Positions 1-10,998 are shown, counted from the first letter of the stretch. The stretch: 64,000 nt of DNA from Pseudomonadota bacterium (GCA_039180625.1 JBCDDE010000001.1:485018-549017); one strand, 5' to 3'. The notes: generated by a model not told the origin, from the sequence alone. Made by a program: numbers and translations.

Positions 1-360
1 ACGCCGCTCGTTGACGTCATGCTCGTGCTCTTGATCGTGTTCATGGTTGCGGCGCCTCTGCTGACAGTCGGCGTTGCGGTGGACCTTCCTGAAACCGCCG
101 CCAATCCGATACAAGACACAGGCGAGCCCTTGACAATCACGGTTTCCGCTGACGGCGATATTTACGTTCAGGATACGGTTGTTCCGTATGAGAACCTTGT
201 CCCGCATCTCGAAGCGATTGCAACGGCGGGCTATGATCAGCGTATCTTTATTCGCGGCGATGAAAATCGCGCCTATGGCGATGTTGTTCGCGTCATGGGC
301 CGGATCAACGCCGCCGGTTTTAACCGCATCGGTCTCGTGACCGAGCAAGAGTCTCAGTAG
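1..360 (+). CDS. tolR: TolR/ExbD biopolymer transport protein (5' partial)
   Basis: Frame is open from base 1 (TPLVDVMLVLLIVFMVAAP, the ExbD/TolR TM motif); has IFIRGD and GFNRIGLVTE; lies directly upstream of tolA-tolB-pal. Confidence 0.92.
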   Translation, partial: TPLVDVMLVLLIVFMVAAPLLTVGVAVDLPETAANPIQDTGEPLTITVSADGDIYVQDTVVPYENLVPHLEAIATAGYDQRIFIRGDENRAYGDVVRVMGRINAAGFNRIGLVTEQESQ

Positions 361-412
361 GAAGCGGCGTTGCGCTCCCGGGCGCACCGCCATGAAAGGC
401 CGCTAGAGTTCC

Positions 413-1261
413 ATGCGTGCAGGCGTTCTCTTCTCACTGATTTTTCACGGCGCTATTGTCGGCATCGCGTTTATTTCGCTGCCGTCGAATTGGCGCCCGG
501 ACGTGCAGTCGGAGCCTTATATTCCGCTTGAACTGATTGAGCAGGCGGAACTCGATCTGAAAACCAGCGTGCCTGCGGCGAGCCCGGAACCTGTCGAGGA
601 GCCTGAGCCGGAACCCGAGCCGCCGGAACCGGAGCCTGTCGAAGAAGCGCCTGCGCCGGTTGAAGAGGCTGCGCCGGCAGAACCGGAGCCCGAGCCAGAA
701 CCTGAACCCGCGCCAGCGCCTGAGCCGGAACCGGAAGCTGAGGAACCGGAACCTGAGCCGGAACCCGAGCCGGAGCCGCCGAAAGAAGAGCCGAAGCCGG
801 AACCGAAAAAAGACGAGCTTGATCTCGCCGCGCTTTCGCAATTGATCGACAAGGAAAAACAGAACCAGCGTCAAGCCGCTGACGCGCCTTCGCAAACAAC
901 GGTCGAGGCCGATGAGGCGCGTTCAGCTATTGGCGCAGGGGATCGGTTGACGGCAAGCGACAAGGCGAAGATGAGCGCCGCCGTTGAGCGTTGTTGGAGC
1001 ACTGGTGTCATCATCGGGGCGCCAGAACCAGAAAAATTGGTAGTCGTTCTTGAGATGGACCTTAATCGCGATGGAACTTTAAGAGGCCAGCCTAGAGTCG
1101 CCAACGCATTACAAATTAACTTATCTGGAAACCGTTTTTGGAAAGTTGCTGAGCAATATGCTGTACGCGCTGCAGTCTCCTGCGCGCCGTATGATTTTCT
1201 GCCGCAAGACCGTTATGAAGATTGGAAAGAGTTCACATTGAATTTCATTCCGCCAGTGTAG
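413..1261 (+). CDS. tolA: TolA/TonB-like cell envelope protein
   Basis: N-terminal TM helix, long Glu-Pro linker, C-terminal TonB/TolA-like domain; position between tolR and tolB. Confidence 0.85.
   Translation: MRAGVLFSLIFHGAIVGIAFISLPSNWRPDVQSEPYIPLELIEQAELDLKTSVPAASPEPVEEPEPEPEPPEPEPVEEAPAPVEEAAPAEPEPEPEPEPAPAPEPEPEAEEPEPEPEPEPEPPKEEPKPEPKKDELDLAALSQLIDKEKQNQRQAADAPSQTTVEADEARSAIGAGDRLTASDKAKMSAAVERCWSTGVIIGAPEPEKLVVVLEMDLNRDGTLRGQPRVANALQINLSGNRFWKVAEQYAVRAAVSCAPYDFLPQDRYEDWKEFTLNFIPPV
595..810 (+). repeat. Degenerate (Glu-Pro)n/(Lys-Pro) coding repeat within tolA
   Basis: Repeated gagccg/gaaccg/gaacct hexamers encoding EPEPEP. Confidence 0.85.
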
Positions 1262-1342
1262 TGCGTTTTAGCCTTGGAGACGGCAGCCGTATTTTCGCCG
1301 GAAAAACCGTACAAAGACGGCCAAGACGAAAGAGAGTTTTAA

Positions 1343-2659
1343 GTGATGAAGCAATTATTCGCGATTTCCGTTTCGGTTTTGATGTTTTTTTTCATGAGCG
1401 CTGCGCAGGCGCGTGTCTCTATCGATATTACACGGGGAAACGTCGATCCGATGCCAATTGCGGTGCCTGATTTTTCCGGACAGGATGATAATTCGCGGGC
1501 GCTCGCTCGCGATATTACCGGCGTCCTGATGAACGATCTCGAACGCTCCGGTCTGTTCTCGGTGATCGACCAGCGCGCCTACATTGAAACGCCAGCGAAT
1601 GTGAACACGCGTCCGACCTTTGCGAACTGGCGCATAATCAACGCGCAGGTTCTGGTTGTTGGCGAGATCGAAGAGCTTGGCGACGGCCGCATCCAGGTGT
1701 CGACGCGCATCTGGGACGTGACGTCCGACGAGCAGCTTGGCGCGGTGGCGTATAAGACGCCTGCGGACAACTGGCGCCGCGCCGCGCATAAGGTCGCTGA
1801 TTTTGCCTATAAAACGCTCACCGGCGAGGACGGCTATTTCGACACCCGCGTTGTCTTCATTCATGAGACGGGGCCGAAAGATAATCGCAACAAGCGGCTG
1901 ATGATTATGGATCAGGACGGGGCCAATCCTGTGCCGCTGACCGATGGGCTGAATTACCAGGCGCTAACGCCGCGGTTTTCGCCCACGCAGCAGCAAATCA
2001 CCTATATGGCGCTGTTCGATAACAAGCCGGGACAGGTTTATCTTTTCAATATTGAAACGGGAGAACAGGAGCCGCTTGGCACTTTCCGCGGCATGACGTT
2101 CGCGCCGAGGTTTTCGCCGGACGGACGCGAAGTATTGATGTCGGTGGAGCGCGGCGGCAACTCAGATGTTTTCAAGATGGATCTTGCCACGCGCCGGCTG
2201 ACCAGATTGACAACGAATCCGGCGATTGACGTGTCTCCGTCCATGTCGCCGGACGGTCGGCGGATTACGTTCGCCTCAGATCGCGGCGGCTCGCAACAAA
2301 TCTATGTAATGAATGCGGACGGCGGCGGTCAGAAGCGCATCACCTTTGGCCAGGGCCGCTATCAGACGCCGGTCTGGAGCCCACGCGGGGACTTGATCGC
2401 TTTCACGCGCCAATATCAGGGCCGTTTCTATATCGGCGTCATCCGCCCGGACGGCACGGGCGAGCGTCTTTTGACGGAAAGTTATCTTGATGAAGGCCCG
2501 ACATGGTCGCCCAACGGCCGCGTTCTGATGTTTTTCCGGGAGCCTCGCCCCGGCGCCGGATCTGAGCTGTGGTCGGTCGATCTTACGGGCCGCAATTTGC
2601 GCCGGGTCAGGACGCCAGCCGCCGCATCGGACCCCGCCTGGTCGCCAATGCTGCCTTAG
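1343..2659 (+). CDS. tolB: Tol-Pal system beta-propeller protein TolB
   Basis: Signal peptide, PMPIAVPDF, repeated PD40-type motifs (PRFSPDG, PSMSPDG, PVWSPRG, PTWSPNG). Confidence 0.96.
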   Translation: MMKQLFAISVSVLMFFFMSAAQARVSIDITRGNVDPMPIAVPDFSGQDDNSRALARDITGVLMNDLERSGLFSVIDQRAYIETPANVNTRPTFANWRIINAQVLVVGEIEELGDGRIQVSTRIWDVTSDEQLGAVAYKTPADNWRRAAHKVADFAYKTLTGEDGYFDTRVVFIHETGPKDNRNKRLMIMDQDGANPVPLTDGLNYQALTPRFSPTQQQITYMALFDNKPGQVYLFNIETGEQEPLGTFRGMTFAPRFSPDGREVLMSVERGGNSDVFKMDLATRRLTRLTTNPAIDVSPSMSPDGRRITFASDRGGSQQIYVMNADGGGQKRITFGQGRYQTPVWSPRGDLIAFTRQYQGRFYIGVIRPDGTGERLLTESYLDEGPTWSPNGRVLMFFREPRPGAGSELWSVDLTGRNLRRVRTPAAASDPAWSPMLP

Positions 2660-2875
2660 AATCTGGGGAAAATTACGGCGGTTGTAACCGAAAATTCATT
2701 CTCGTGCCGGAACAGCCATGCTTGATCGGGGCGCCGGAGAGGGTTACGACTCAATTGTTGGTTAAATTTTATCGTTTAGCTGACATGGATTCTAAAGAAG
2801 GGGCCTCTAGTATTTTAGCCGCAGAGACGACGCTGCCGGCCAAAGATTTATCGGGGAATTGGAGCAAGGAACGAT

Positions 2876-3382
2876 ATGAAAACGTTTATGAAAGTAGCGG
2901 GGATCGCAGCAGGATTGGCGCTCGTTTCCGCATGTGCGACGAGCAGCGGACCGGATGTTGACGCTTCCGCCGGCGCCGGCACCACCGTAGCGTCCGGCCC
3001 GACGGGCCCAACGCCGGGCAGCCAAGCTGATCTTGAGCAAAGCGCCGGTCACCGGGTTTTCTTTGGTTACGATCAGTACACGCTGACGCCACAGGCTCAG
3101 TCGACGCTTGCGCGCCAGGCGGCCTGGCTTCAGGAATATCCGGAAACGCGCATTCGCGTCGCCGGCAATTGCGACGAGCGCGGCACGCGCGAATACAACT
3201 TGGCGCTGGGCGCCCGTCGCGCAGAAGCGGCAAAGGCCTATCTCGTCAGCCTTGGCGTTGACGGCGCGCGCATTCAAACGGTTTCCTACGGCAAGGAGCG
3301 TCCGATTGCGAACGGCTCTAACGAGCGCGCATGGTCGCAAAACAGGAATTCGACAACGACAATTATGGCAGTCGGTTCTTAA
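2876..3382 (+). CDS. pal: Peptidoglycan-associated lipoprotein Pal
   Basis: Lipobox LVSAC; OmpA-like motifs GNCDERGTREYNLALGARRA and VSYGKERP. Confidence 0.96.
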   Translation: MKTFMKVAGIAAGLALVSACATSSGPDVDASAGAGTTVASGPTGPTPGSQADLEQSAGHRVFFGYDQYTLTPQAQSTLARQAAWLQEYPETRIRVAGNCDERGTREYNLALGARRAEAAKAYLVSLGVDGARIQTVSYGKERPIANGSNERAWSQNRNSTTTIMAVGS

Positions 3383-3414
3383 ACCCGGAACGGCAGGCAT
3401 AAATCGAGTTTGAT

Positions 3415-3446
3415 CGGGCGCGCCTGCTGATAATGCAGCGCGCCCG
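3415..3446 (+). terminator. Hairpin after pal (terminator or RNA stabiliser)
   Basis: cgggcgcg-c-ctgc / gcag-cgcgcccg inverted repeat; weak U-tract. Confidence 0.55.
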
Positions 3447-3577
3447 CTCTCGTTTCAGCCATAGTTTTGTCGTGTTAGAGCATTAATTGAGTATGTTTGC
3501 CGGCGTTGCCCTGCAATCGCTTTAGGATAGAATGGGCCTGCGTGGGACGCGCCGTGCGCAAAGTATTTTGAGGGATA

Positions 3578-4432
3578 ATGATGATGATTGCCAAGTTCCC
3601 GGTCGCCGCCATGGTTGGCGCTTTAATGATGACGGCTGGCGCGCCTGCTATAGCTGGCACTAAAGACGATGTGCGCGATCTGCAGGCGCGTATGGAGCGC
3701 GCAGAACAGGCGCTTTCTGCGCAAAGTGCGGCAACTGTCCGAATTGGCGAGCTGGAGCGTCAGATTCAGATGTTGACCGGGCAAATTGAAGAACTCAATT
3801 ACAAACTCGATCAACAAAGTCAGCGGCTCGAATCGATAAGCGCGGTGCTTGCCGGCGATACGCTGGGCGCAGGCGGCTTCGGAGCCGGCGAATTCACTGA
3901 TGCGATCCCTGGCGCCCCGACTACGCTCGGCGGGCCAACGACGCTTGGCGGCGATGCGTCCGGGCCAGTTGATCTGGCGGGCGCCGGCGCAAATGCCGGC
4001 GCGGCCTCTGCCGCCCCGTCGGGTCCTGTGAATGTGGAGTTACCGCTTGATGCTGATGCGGCCTTTGACTACGCCTCCGGCTTTCTTCTTTCTGGCGATT
4101 ATCAGAAGGCAAAGGCGGCTTTTCAGCTTTATACGGAAGCTTTTCCTAATCATCCGCGTACGCCAGACGCCAAGTTCCGGCTTGGAGAGATACATCTTGC
4201 GCTCGGCGAGAACGCAGACGCGGCTGACGTATTTCTCAACCATATTCAGACCTACCCTCGCGATGGACGCGCTGCAGAAGCGTACCTGAAACTCGGAACC
4301 GCGTTTGCAAAACTTGAACAGCCTAAAGAGGCCTGCACTGTTTTGAAGACAATGAAATCGAAGTTTCCCAATGCGGCGACACCGGTTGTTCAGCGGGCTG
4401 AGTTGGAAATGGCGCGGATCGATTGCAGCTGA
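3578..4432 (+). CDS. cpoB: Tol-Pal system protein YbgF/CpoB
   Basis: Signal peptide, coiled coil, C-terminal TPR domain (AKFRLGE, AYLKLG); follows pal. Confidence 0.9.
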   Translation: MMMIAKFPVAAMVGALMMTAGAPAIAGTKDDVRDLQARMERAEQALSAQSAATVRIGELERQIQMLTGQIEELNYKLDQQSQRLESISAVLAGDTLGAGGFGAGEFTDAIPGAPTTLGGPTTLGGDASGPVDLAGAGANAGAASAAPSGPVNVELPLDADAAFDYASGFLLSGDYQKAKAAFQLYTEAFPNHPRTPDAKFRLGEIHLALGENADAADVFLNHIQTYPRDGRAAEAYLKLGTAFAKLEQPKEACTVLKTMKSKFPNAATPVVQRAELEMARIDCS

Positions 4433-5745
4433 TCGAGCCTGTTGCTGCAGCAGATTTCGCCGCTCGCCTTAAGGCGCTTCACCCTGGCGACCAATTTGCA
4501 ATTGCTGTTTCCGGCGGACGCGACTCCATGGCGCTGGCCTGTCTGTGTGCTGAATACGCTCAGAGCTTTAGCGGCAAAGTCTCTGCACTGATCGTCGATC
4601 ATGGGTTGCGCCCCGAAGCCGCCGCAGAAGCGGAGCAGGCGCGCGCCTGGTGCGCCGAACTCGGTCTGCGCGCAAGAATTCTGACCTGGGCAGGCGATAA
4701 GCCTCCCTCCGGTGTTCAGGCGGCGGCGCGGCGCGCGCGATACCGCCTCCTTGCGTCAGCGGCGGTTGCGGACGGGTGCGGCGCTCTCTTGACGGCGCAC
4801 AGTGCGGACGATCAGGCCGAAACGTTGACAATGCGCCTTGCGCGCGGCGCCGGACCTGCGGGGCTGACAGGCATGAGATCGGCAACGGCAATCGCGGCCG
4901 GTCCGGGGCCTGCAGTGCGTTTGCTGCGCCCCTTGCTTGATCTTCCACGCGCATCCTTGACATCGACTGTCGTGGCCCGCGGTCAGGCTTATATCGACGA
5001 TCCGTCCAACGATGATGAGCGCTATGAGCGTGTTCGCGCGCGGCGATGGCTTGCCTCATGCGCTTCGTCGTCAGAGTTTTTTTCGCAAAGCGGTCTTTTG
5101 GCAACGTCGTCGCGCATGGTGGCGGCGACAGAACGGCTGCGCGAACAGGAAGCGACTTTATTTGAAGTTCTTGGCGGTGTTTTCACATACTGGGGCGGCG
5201 CATCATTGTCTTTCACAAAGGCGCAACGGGCGCTCACGTCTTCGGCTGCGCCCGGATTATTTGCGCGCCTCATCCATGCCGTCGGCGGCGCTGAGTTCGC
5301 CCCTGAGGAAGGCAAAGCTGCTCGCGCCATTGAAGGCGTTTTTTCCTCAGGCGCGTCATCATTAGGCGGTGTGCTTTTGGCTGTGTCCGGCGATCGTCTA
5401 TGGTTTTTCAGGGAACCGGCTGGTCTTCTTGGTCGAGAAGGCGTCGCGCCAATGAGTTCCGTCGCACTTTCTGTCGATGAGCCGGTTTTATGGGATCAGC
5501 GATTTATTGTGCGCTCTAAGGTTTCCGGCGCTGTGCTGCGGCCACTGGGCGCGGACGGTCTCAAAGCTTTGGGTCCTCAAAGCGGCTTATTTCATGGGCC
5601 TCAGGCGGCTTTAGTCGGGCTTCCGGGGATTTTTTGCCGCAATCGCTTGATTGCAGCGGCAACGTCGCCAAATGTCAGTGCTTCAGCGGTCGACATGAGA
5701 TCACTTATCGCGGAACGGTTTGCCGGTGAAATCGTTAGATTTTAG
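4423..5745 (+). CDS. tilS: tRNA(Ile)-lysidine synthase
   Basis: AVSGGRDS PP-loop, DHGLR, TAHSADDQAET, RPLL, DPSN motifs; conserved ybgF-tilS-ftsH order. Confidence 0.93.
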   Translation: MQLIEPVAAADFAARLKALHPGDQFAIAVSGGRDSMALACLCAEYAQSFSGKVSALIVDHGLRPEAAAEAEQARAWCAELGLRARILTWAGDKPPSGVQAAARRARYRLLASAAVADGCGALLTAHSADDQAETLTMRLARGAGPAGLTGMRSATAIAAGPGPAVRLLRPLLDLPRASLTSTVVARGQAYIDDPSNDDERYERVRARRWLASCASSSEFFSQSGLLATSSRMVAATERLREQEATLFEVLGGVFTYWGGASLSFTKAQRALTSSAAPGLFARLIHAVGGAEFAPEEGKAARAIEGVFSSGASSLGGVLLAVSGDRLWFFREPAGLLGREGVAPMSSVALSVDEPVLWDQRFIVRSKVSGAVLRPLGADGLKALGPQSGLFHGPQAALVGLPGIFCRNRLIAAATSPNVSASAVDMRSLIAERFAGEIVRF

Positions 5746-5851
5746 TAGTTTTCGCGTGAACTTCTTAGGCGCCCATGGCGCTGGGCTTTCTTAACGCTTA
5801 TCTAATATGCATAGCAATTTGGCCGGTTGGCCATAGAAGCGGGAAAAACGA

Positions 5852-7780
5852 ATGAACGGACGCAGTTTGCTGATTTGGGGTCTAGTCGTCGTCGTCTTTT
5901 TGGTGGCGCTGCAGCTTTTTTCATCGCCTTCGAGCCAGCCTGCGTCAGAAGAGCTGACATACACCGAGTTTGTTGATCGCCTCGAAGGCGGGCAGGTCGC
6001 AACTGCGGAAGTGTCCAAAACGCAAGTCACGGGCAAGCTCAGCGACAATACCTCATTCACGACCACCATTACTGAAGATGGGCAGGCGAATATTGCCGAC
6101 CGTCTCAATGCTGCAGGCGTGACGACGACGATCGAAAAAGAAGAGGAGTTGCCGCTCCTGCTGTCGCTTCTCTTTAATATTCTCCCGTTGCTGATTTTCC
6201 TCGCGCTGTTCTTCTTTGTCATGCGTCAGATGCAAGGCGCTGGCGGCAAAGCGATGGGTTTTGGCAAGTCGCGTGCAAAATTGCTGACCGAGCGGCAAGG
6301 GCGTGTCACCTTTGACGATGTCGCGGGCATTGACGAGGCGAAAGAAGAGCTTGAGGAAATTGTTGAATATCTGAAAGATCCAATGAAGTTCCAGCGTCTT
6401 GGCGGTAAAATTCCGAAAGGCGCGCTGCTTGTCGGGCCTCCGGGCACAGGTAAAACCTTGCTGGCCCGCGCCATTGCCGGCGAAGCGAATGTGCCGTTTT
6501 TCACGATTTCCGGTTCTGACTTTGTCGAGATGTTTGTCGGCGTCGGCGCAAGCCGCGTGCGCGATATGTTCGACCAAGCGAAAAAAAATGCGCCGTGCAT
6601 TATATTCATAGACGAGATTGATGCGGTTGGGCGTCACCGTGGCGCAGGCCTTGGCGGCGGCAATGATGAGCGCGAACAAACGCTTAACCAGCTGCTCGTC
6701 GAGATGGACGGTTTTGAAGCCAATGAAGGCATCATCCTGGTCGCGGCAACAAACCGCCCGGACGTTCTTGATCCGGCATTGTTGCGGCCCGGACGTTTTG
6801 ACCGTCAGGTTGTCGTTCCTAATCCGGATGTTATTGGTCGCGAGAAAATTCTTCAGGTGCACATCAAAAAAGTGCCGTTGGCGCCGGATGTGAACGTTCG
6901 CACAGTCGCGCGCGGCACGCCGGGTTTCTCAGGCGCCGACCTCGCTAATCTTGTTAATGAGGCAGCGTTGCTTGCAGCGCGTCGTGGCAAGCGTTTCGTT
7001 ACGGCAAAAGAGTTTGATGACGCCAAAGATAAAGTCCTTATGGGCGCTGAGCGGCGTTCCATGGTCATGACTGAAGAAGAAAAAGAACTGACCGCTTACC
7101 ACGAGGCCGGTCACGCGCTTGTCGGTCTGTCCGTGCCTGGCAATGATCCTGTTCACAAAGCGACAATTATTCCTCGCGGTCGCGCCCTCGGCATGGTGCA
7201 GTATCTGCCTGAGCGCGACAGCTATTCCATGACGCTGCAGCAAATGAAAGCTCGGATCGCCATGGCGATGGGCGGGCGCGTAGCTGAAGAGCTTAAATTC
7301 GGTCAGGAGAAGGTCACTTCCGGCGCCTCATCCGACATTGAGCACGCAACAAAGATTGCGCGCGCCATGGTGACCCAATACGGATTATCGGAAAAACTTG
7401 GCCCGATCGCCTATTCCGAGGACGAGGGCGAGGTCTTCCTTGGTCAGAGCATTGCGAGAACAAAATCGATTTCAACCGATACAGCCAAACTTATCGAAGA
7501 TGAAATCAAGCGTTTTGTGACGGAAGGCTTTGACAAAGCAAAAGAAATTCTGACGCGACGCAATGATGACTGGGAACGCCTTGCAAAAGCGCTTCTCGAA
7601 TATGAAACCCTCACAGGCGAAGAGATTAACGCGCTTCTGAACGGCGGTGAAATTGTCCGCGAAGATCCCAATGACTCAACAGATCATACGCCTCCATCCT
7701 CTGTGCCAAGCGCAGGCTCGCCTGTAGGCGACAAGAAGGATAAAGGCGGCGCTGGCGGTATGGAGCCGGAACCGGCTTAA
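5852..7780 (+). CDS. ftsH: ATP-dependent zinc metalloprotease FtsH
   Basis: Two TM helices, Walker A GPPGTGKT, Walker [14 protein letters not shown] zinc motif. Confidence 0.98.
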   Translation: MNGRSLLIWGLVVVVFLVALQLFSSPSSQPASEELTYTEFVDRLEGGQVATAEVSKTQVTGKLSDNTSFTTTITEDGQANIADRLNAAGVTTTIEKEEELPLLLSLLFNILPLLIFLALFFFVMRQMQGAGGKAMGFGKSRAKLLTERQGRVTFDDVAGIDEAKEELEEIVEYLKDPMKFQRLGGKIPKGALLVGPPGTGKTLLARAIAGEANVPFFTISGSDFVEMFVGVGASRVRDMFDQAKKNAPCIIFIDEIDAVGRHRGAGLGGGNDEREQTLNQLLVEMDGFEANEGIILVAATNRPDVLDPALLRPGRFDRQVVVPNPDVIGREKILQVHIKKVPLAPDVNVRTVARGTPGFSGADLANLVNEAALLAARRGKRFVTAKEFDDAKDKVLMGAERRSMVMTEEEKELTAYHEAGHALVGLSVPGNDPVHKATIIPRGRALGMVQYLPERDSYSMTLQQMKARIAMAMGGRVAEELKFGQEKVTSGASSDIEHATKIARAMVTQYGLSEKLGPIAYSEDEGEVFLGQSIARTKSISTDTAKLIEDEIKRFVTEGFDKAKEILTRRNDDWERLAKALLEYETLTGEEINALLNGGEIVREDPNDSTDHTPPSSVPSAGSPVGDKKDKGGAGGMEPEPA

Positions 7781-7812
7781 AATCACCGCTTTTTCGCCTC
7801 TAATTCCATGAT

Positions 7813-7844
7813 AAAAGCCTTCTCGTTATTTCGGGAGGGCTTTT
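7813..7844 (+). terminator. Intrinsic terminator-like hairpin after ftsH, overlapping the RBS of the next gene
   Basis: aaaagccttctcg / cgggagggctttt 13-bp stem (with G-U pairs), 6-nt loop. Confidence 0.7.
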
Positions 7845-7848
7845 GTTT

Positions 7849-8760
7849 ATGCGCATTTTATTAATTTCAGCTTTTCTAATGGCCGCCTCGCTCGTCACCG
7901 CCAAGGCGGCTGATGACGTCTGGCAAGCGCCTTTCAATTACGCCAAAGCGTTCCCGAAAATGGCCGCGCCTTTTGAGCCATTCCGGATTATTGGCGAGAT
8001 ATATTATGTGGGTATGGAAGGGTTGCCGGTCTACCTTATCGCTCGCGAAGACGGCCATGTCCTTATCGACGGCGGTCTGCCCGGTTATGAGGGGATTATT
8101 TTTGATAATATCGAAAAGCTCGGTTTTGATATTATAGATGTCGAATATCTCCTGAACACCCATGCCCATTTTGATCATTCCGGCGGGCTGGCGAAACTGA
8201 AAGCTGTCAGCGGTGCGAAACTCATCGCCAGCGAAGGCGACGTTTCCGCCCTTGAAGGCGGCTTCTATCTTGGTTTTGAGGGCGCGCGAAATTTTTCATC
8301 GCCGCCTGTCAAAGTTGATGAGCAAATTGCGGATCGAAGTCCTGATTATGAGCGTTGGACTATTGCCGGCGTGAACGCATTGTCGGCAAATCTTACTCCG
8401 GGCCATTCCCGCGGTTGTATATCCTGGCGGTTGACAGTGGAGGAGGCTGGCGAAGAATTTGATGTCCTCATTTTTTGCAGCGCGACTGTCGCAGCGAATA
8501 GTCTAGTTCCTGAGCAATATGAAGGGATTGTCGATGACTACCGGTTGACCTTCGAGAAAACCAAAAATTGGGACCCTGACGTGTTCCTTGCCAATCACTC
8601 GGAAGTTTTTCATATGAAAGAAACGCGCGAGAGACAGAAAGCTGGCGACGCGCTTGCATTTGTCAATCGCGGCGCATTTCAGAAATATATCACCGCTAAA
8701 GAAAGCGCCTTCAAAAAAGCGTTGCAACAACAAGCTGATAAGGCCCGTGATGATAAATAA
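7849..8760 (+). CDS. Subclass B3 metallo-beta-lactamase
   Basis: Signal peptide, PFEPFRI, THAHFDH (HxHxDH), TPGHSRG and ANH zinc-ligand motifs typical of B3 MBLs. Confidence 0.85.
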   Translation: MRILLISAFLMAASLVTAKAADDVWQAPFNYAKAFPKMAAPFEPFRIIGEIYYVGMEGLPVYLIAREDGHVLIDGGLPGYEGIIFDNIEKLGFDIIDVEYLLNTHAHFDHSGGLAKLKAVSGAKLIASEGDVSALEGGFYLGFEGARNFSSPPVKVDEQIADRSPDYERWTIAGVNALSANLTPGHSRGCISWRLTVEEAGEEFDVLIFCSATVAANSLVPEQYEGIVDDYRLTFEKTKNWDPDVFLANHSEVFHMKETRERQKAGDALAFVNRGAFQKYITAKESAFKKALQQQADKARDDK

Positions 8761-9559
8761 GCCGGCGCCTCAAATTATGGGCATTGTTAATGTAACGCCG
8801 GATTCTTTTTCCGATGGCGGACAGTTCATAACTGCCCAGGCGGCTGTAGACCATGCATTGCGATTGGAGGATGAAGGCGCAGAGATTCTCGATATTGGCG
8901 GAGAATCAACCCGGCCAGGCGCGGCAGAGGTCGGGGTTGAAGAAGAGCTTGGCCGCGTCATGCCGGTAATTGATAAGCTCTCAGGCAGAATAGACGCCAA
9001 GCTTTCGATCGATACGCGCAAGTCCCGCGTTGCTCGCGCAGCTGTCGCAGCCGGGGCGGCCTATTGGAATGATGTCAGTGCGCTGAGTTATGATGGAGAC
9101 AGTATCGCGACAGCTGCAGAGCTCAATTGCGATGTTGTTCTTATGCATGCGCAAGGACTGCCGCAAACGATGCAAGAGCGTCCTTCCTATAAGGATGTTG
9201 TTTTAGAGGTTCTAGCGTATCTGGCTGGCCGGATTGAACTTTGCGACGCTGCTGGGATTTATCGGACTCGCATTATCGCTGATCCTGGCATTGGTTTCGG
9301 CAAGACGCTGGAGCATAATCTCGCCCTTCTTTCTTCGCTTGACCGTTTTGCAGGCCTTGAAGTTCCGCTCTTGCTCGGAGCGTCTCGAAAGCGATTTATT
9401 GCAGCGCTGGACGCCAAGGCGCCGGCGGAGGAACGATTAGGCGGTTCTATTGCGGCCATGCTGGCGGGCTATGTGCGCGGGGTGTCAATCTTTCGGGTGC
9501 ACGATGTCGGGGCTGCGCGTCAGGCGCTGCGCGTTGCGGCGGCTATTGAAAGCGCCTGA
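8750..9559 (+). CDS. folP: Dihydropteroate synthase
   Basis: MGIVNVTPDSFSDGG, DIGGESTRPG, DPGIGFGK, SRKRF; ATG at 8750 overlaps the upstream stop. Confidence 0.96.
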   Translation: MINKPAPQIMGIVNVTPDSFSDGGQFITAQAAVDHALRLEDEGAEILDIGGESTRPGAAEVGVEEELGRVMPVIDKLSGRIDAKLSIDTRKSRVARAAVAAGAAYWNDVSALSYDGDSIATAAELNCDVVLMHAQGLPQTMQERPSYKDVVLEVLAYLAGRIELCDAAGIYRTRIIADPGIGFGKTLEHNLALLSSLDRFAGLEVPLLLGASRKRFIAALDAKAPAEERLGGSIAAMLAGYVRGVSIFRVHDVGAARQALRVAAAIESA

Positions 9560-9630
9560 CCAGGTGTTAAGGAATTCCGGATTGAATTTTGCTAGACTGA
9601 AACCGGCTTAAAGAAACAGGAGCGGCGTCT

Positions 9631-10998
9631 ATGCGCGGCGATGATCAGGTGACGGGAAAACGCCAGATATTTGGCACAGACGGGGTGCGCGGGCTCGCCA
9701 ATGCGGGAGCGATGACGCCTGATAATATCCTGCGGCTTGGCATGGCGGTTGGGCAAGTTTTCAAGAACGGCCAGCACAGACACCGCGTTGTGATCGGAAA
9801 AGACACCCGTCTGTCCGGATATATGATCGAGCCTGCGCTGACGGCGGGTTTCGCGGCTTCGGGCATGGATGTCTTTCTGCTTGGTCCTTTGCCGACGCCG
9901 GCAATGGCGATGTTGACGCGGTCTTTGCGTGCCGATCTTGGCGTAATGATTTCGGCATCTCATAATCCGTATCATGATAATGGCGTGAAATTCTTCGGTC
10001 CTGATGGTTTTAAGTTATCTGATGAAACGGAACTTGAAATTGAACGCTTGATGCGGGACGGCGTGAAAGCCGGTCTCGCCGCTTCAAATGATCTTGGACG
10101 CGTTAAACGCATAGATGACGCCGGCGCCCGTTATATCGAGTTTGCTAAAGCTGCTTTTCCGCGGCGAATTAATCTAAGTGATTTACGCATTGTCATCGAC
10201 TGCGCGAATGGCGCCGGATACAAAGTCGCCCCGACCGTTCTCTGGGAACTAGGCGCAGATGTGAAAACAATCGGCGTTGAACCGGACGGCTTTAACATCA
10301 ATCGCGATGTCGGCTCGACAGCGACCAAGAAACTTCAAGATGCGGTGCTTGAGTATCGCGCAGATATGGGCGTCGCACTCGATGGCGACGCGGACCGTGT
10401 CATCATCTGTGATGAAAAAGGCCGTATCGTCGACGGCGATCAGATCCTCGCGTTAATCGCTTCGTCATGGAAGAAGCGTGAACAGCTCAAGGGGGGCGGC
10501 GTTGTCTCCACTGTGATGGCGAATATGGGACTCGGGCAATATTTGCAGAGCGAAGGATTGTCGCTTGAACGCACTAAGGTTGGCGATCGGTATGTTGTTG
10601 AGGAAATGCGCGCGCGCGGTATGAATGTGGGCGGTGAGCCGTCAGGCCACATCATTCTCAGCAATTATGCAACAACTGGAGACGGATTGATTACAGCCCT
10701 CCAGGTAATGGCGGTTGTCGCGGGCGAAGGGCGCTGCGTTTCAGATGTCTGTCATAAATTTGATCCGTTCCCGCAATTGCTTGAAAATGTGCGTTATTGC
10801 GGCGGCAACCCTCTTGACGACGTTAACGTAACGGAAACGATCAGGAAGGGTGAAGCGGCGCTGGGTGCTAGCGGTCGGCTCGTGATTCGCAAATCCGGTA
10901 CGGAACCGCTTATCCGTGTGATGGGCGAGGGGGAAGACATGGCGAAAGTCAAAATGGTGGTTGAAGATATTTGCGCCGCTGTTCAGAAAGCGACATAG
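9631..10998 (+). CDS. glmM: Phosphoglucosamine mutase
   Basis: [34 protein letters not shown]; folP-glmM synteny. Confidence 0.97.
   Translation: MRGDDQVTGKRQIFGTDGVRGLANAGAMTPDNILRLGMAVGQVFKNGQHRHRVVIGKDTRLSGYMIEPALTAGFAASGMDVFLLGPLPTPAMAMLTRSLRADLGVMISASHNPYHDNGVKFFGPDGFKLSDETELEIERLMRDGVKAGLAASNDLGRVKRIDDAGARYIEFAKAAFPRRINLSDLRIVIDCANGAGYKVAPTVLWELGADVKTIGVEPDGFNINRDVGSTATKKLQDAVLEYRADMGVALDGDADRVIICDEKGRIVDGDQILALIASSWKKREQLKGGGVVSTVMANMGLGQYLQSEGLSLERTKVGDRYVVEEMRARGMNVGGEPSGHIILSNYATTGDGLITALQVMAVVAGEGRCVSDVCHKFDPFPQLLENVRYCGGNPLDDVNVTETIRKGEAALGASGRLVIRKSGTEPLIRVMGEGEDMAKVKMVVEDICAAVQKAT

Noticed and set aside
595-810. Regularly repeated sequence that might be a CRISPR or ncRNA array
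   Set aside because: In-frame Glu-Pro coding repeat of TolA with no spacers; no CRISPR array was seen anywhere in the window
5791-5805. TTAA-N7-CTAA near-CtrA box upstream of ftsH
   Set aside because: Single mismatched site in an AT-rich promoter; too weak to call
8654-8760. Long ORF-track overlaps (folP/MBL, serC/DMT, thiC/rid, argC/argB, thiD/hxlR) as possible frameshifts or overlapping genes
   Set aside because: All resolve when the downstream RBS-supported start is used
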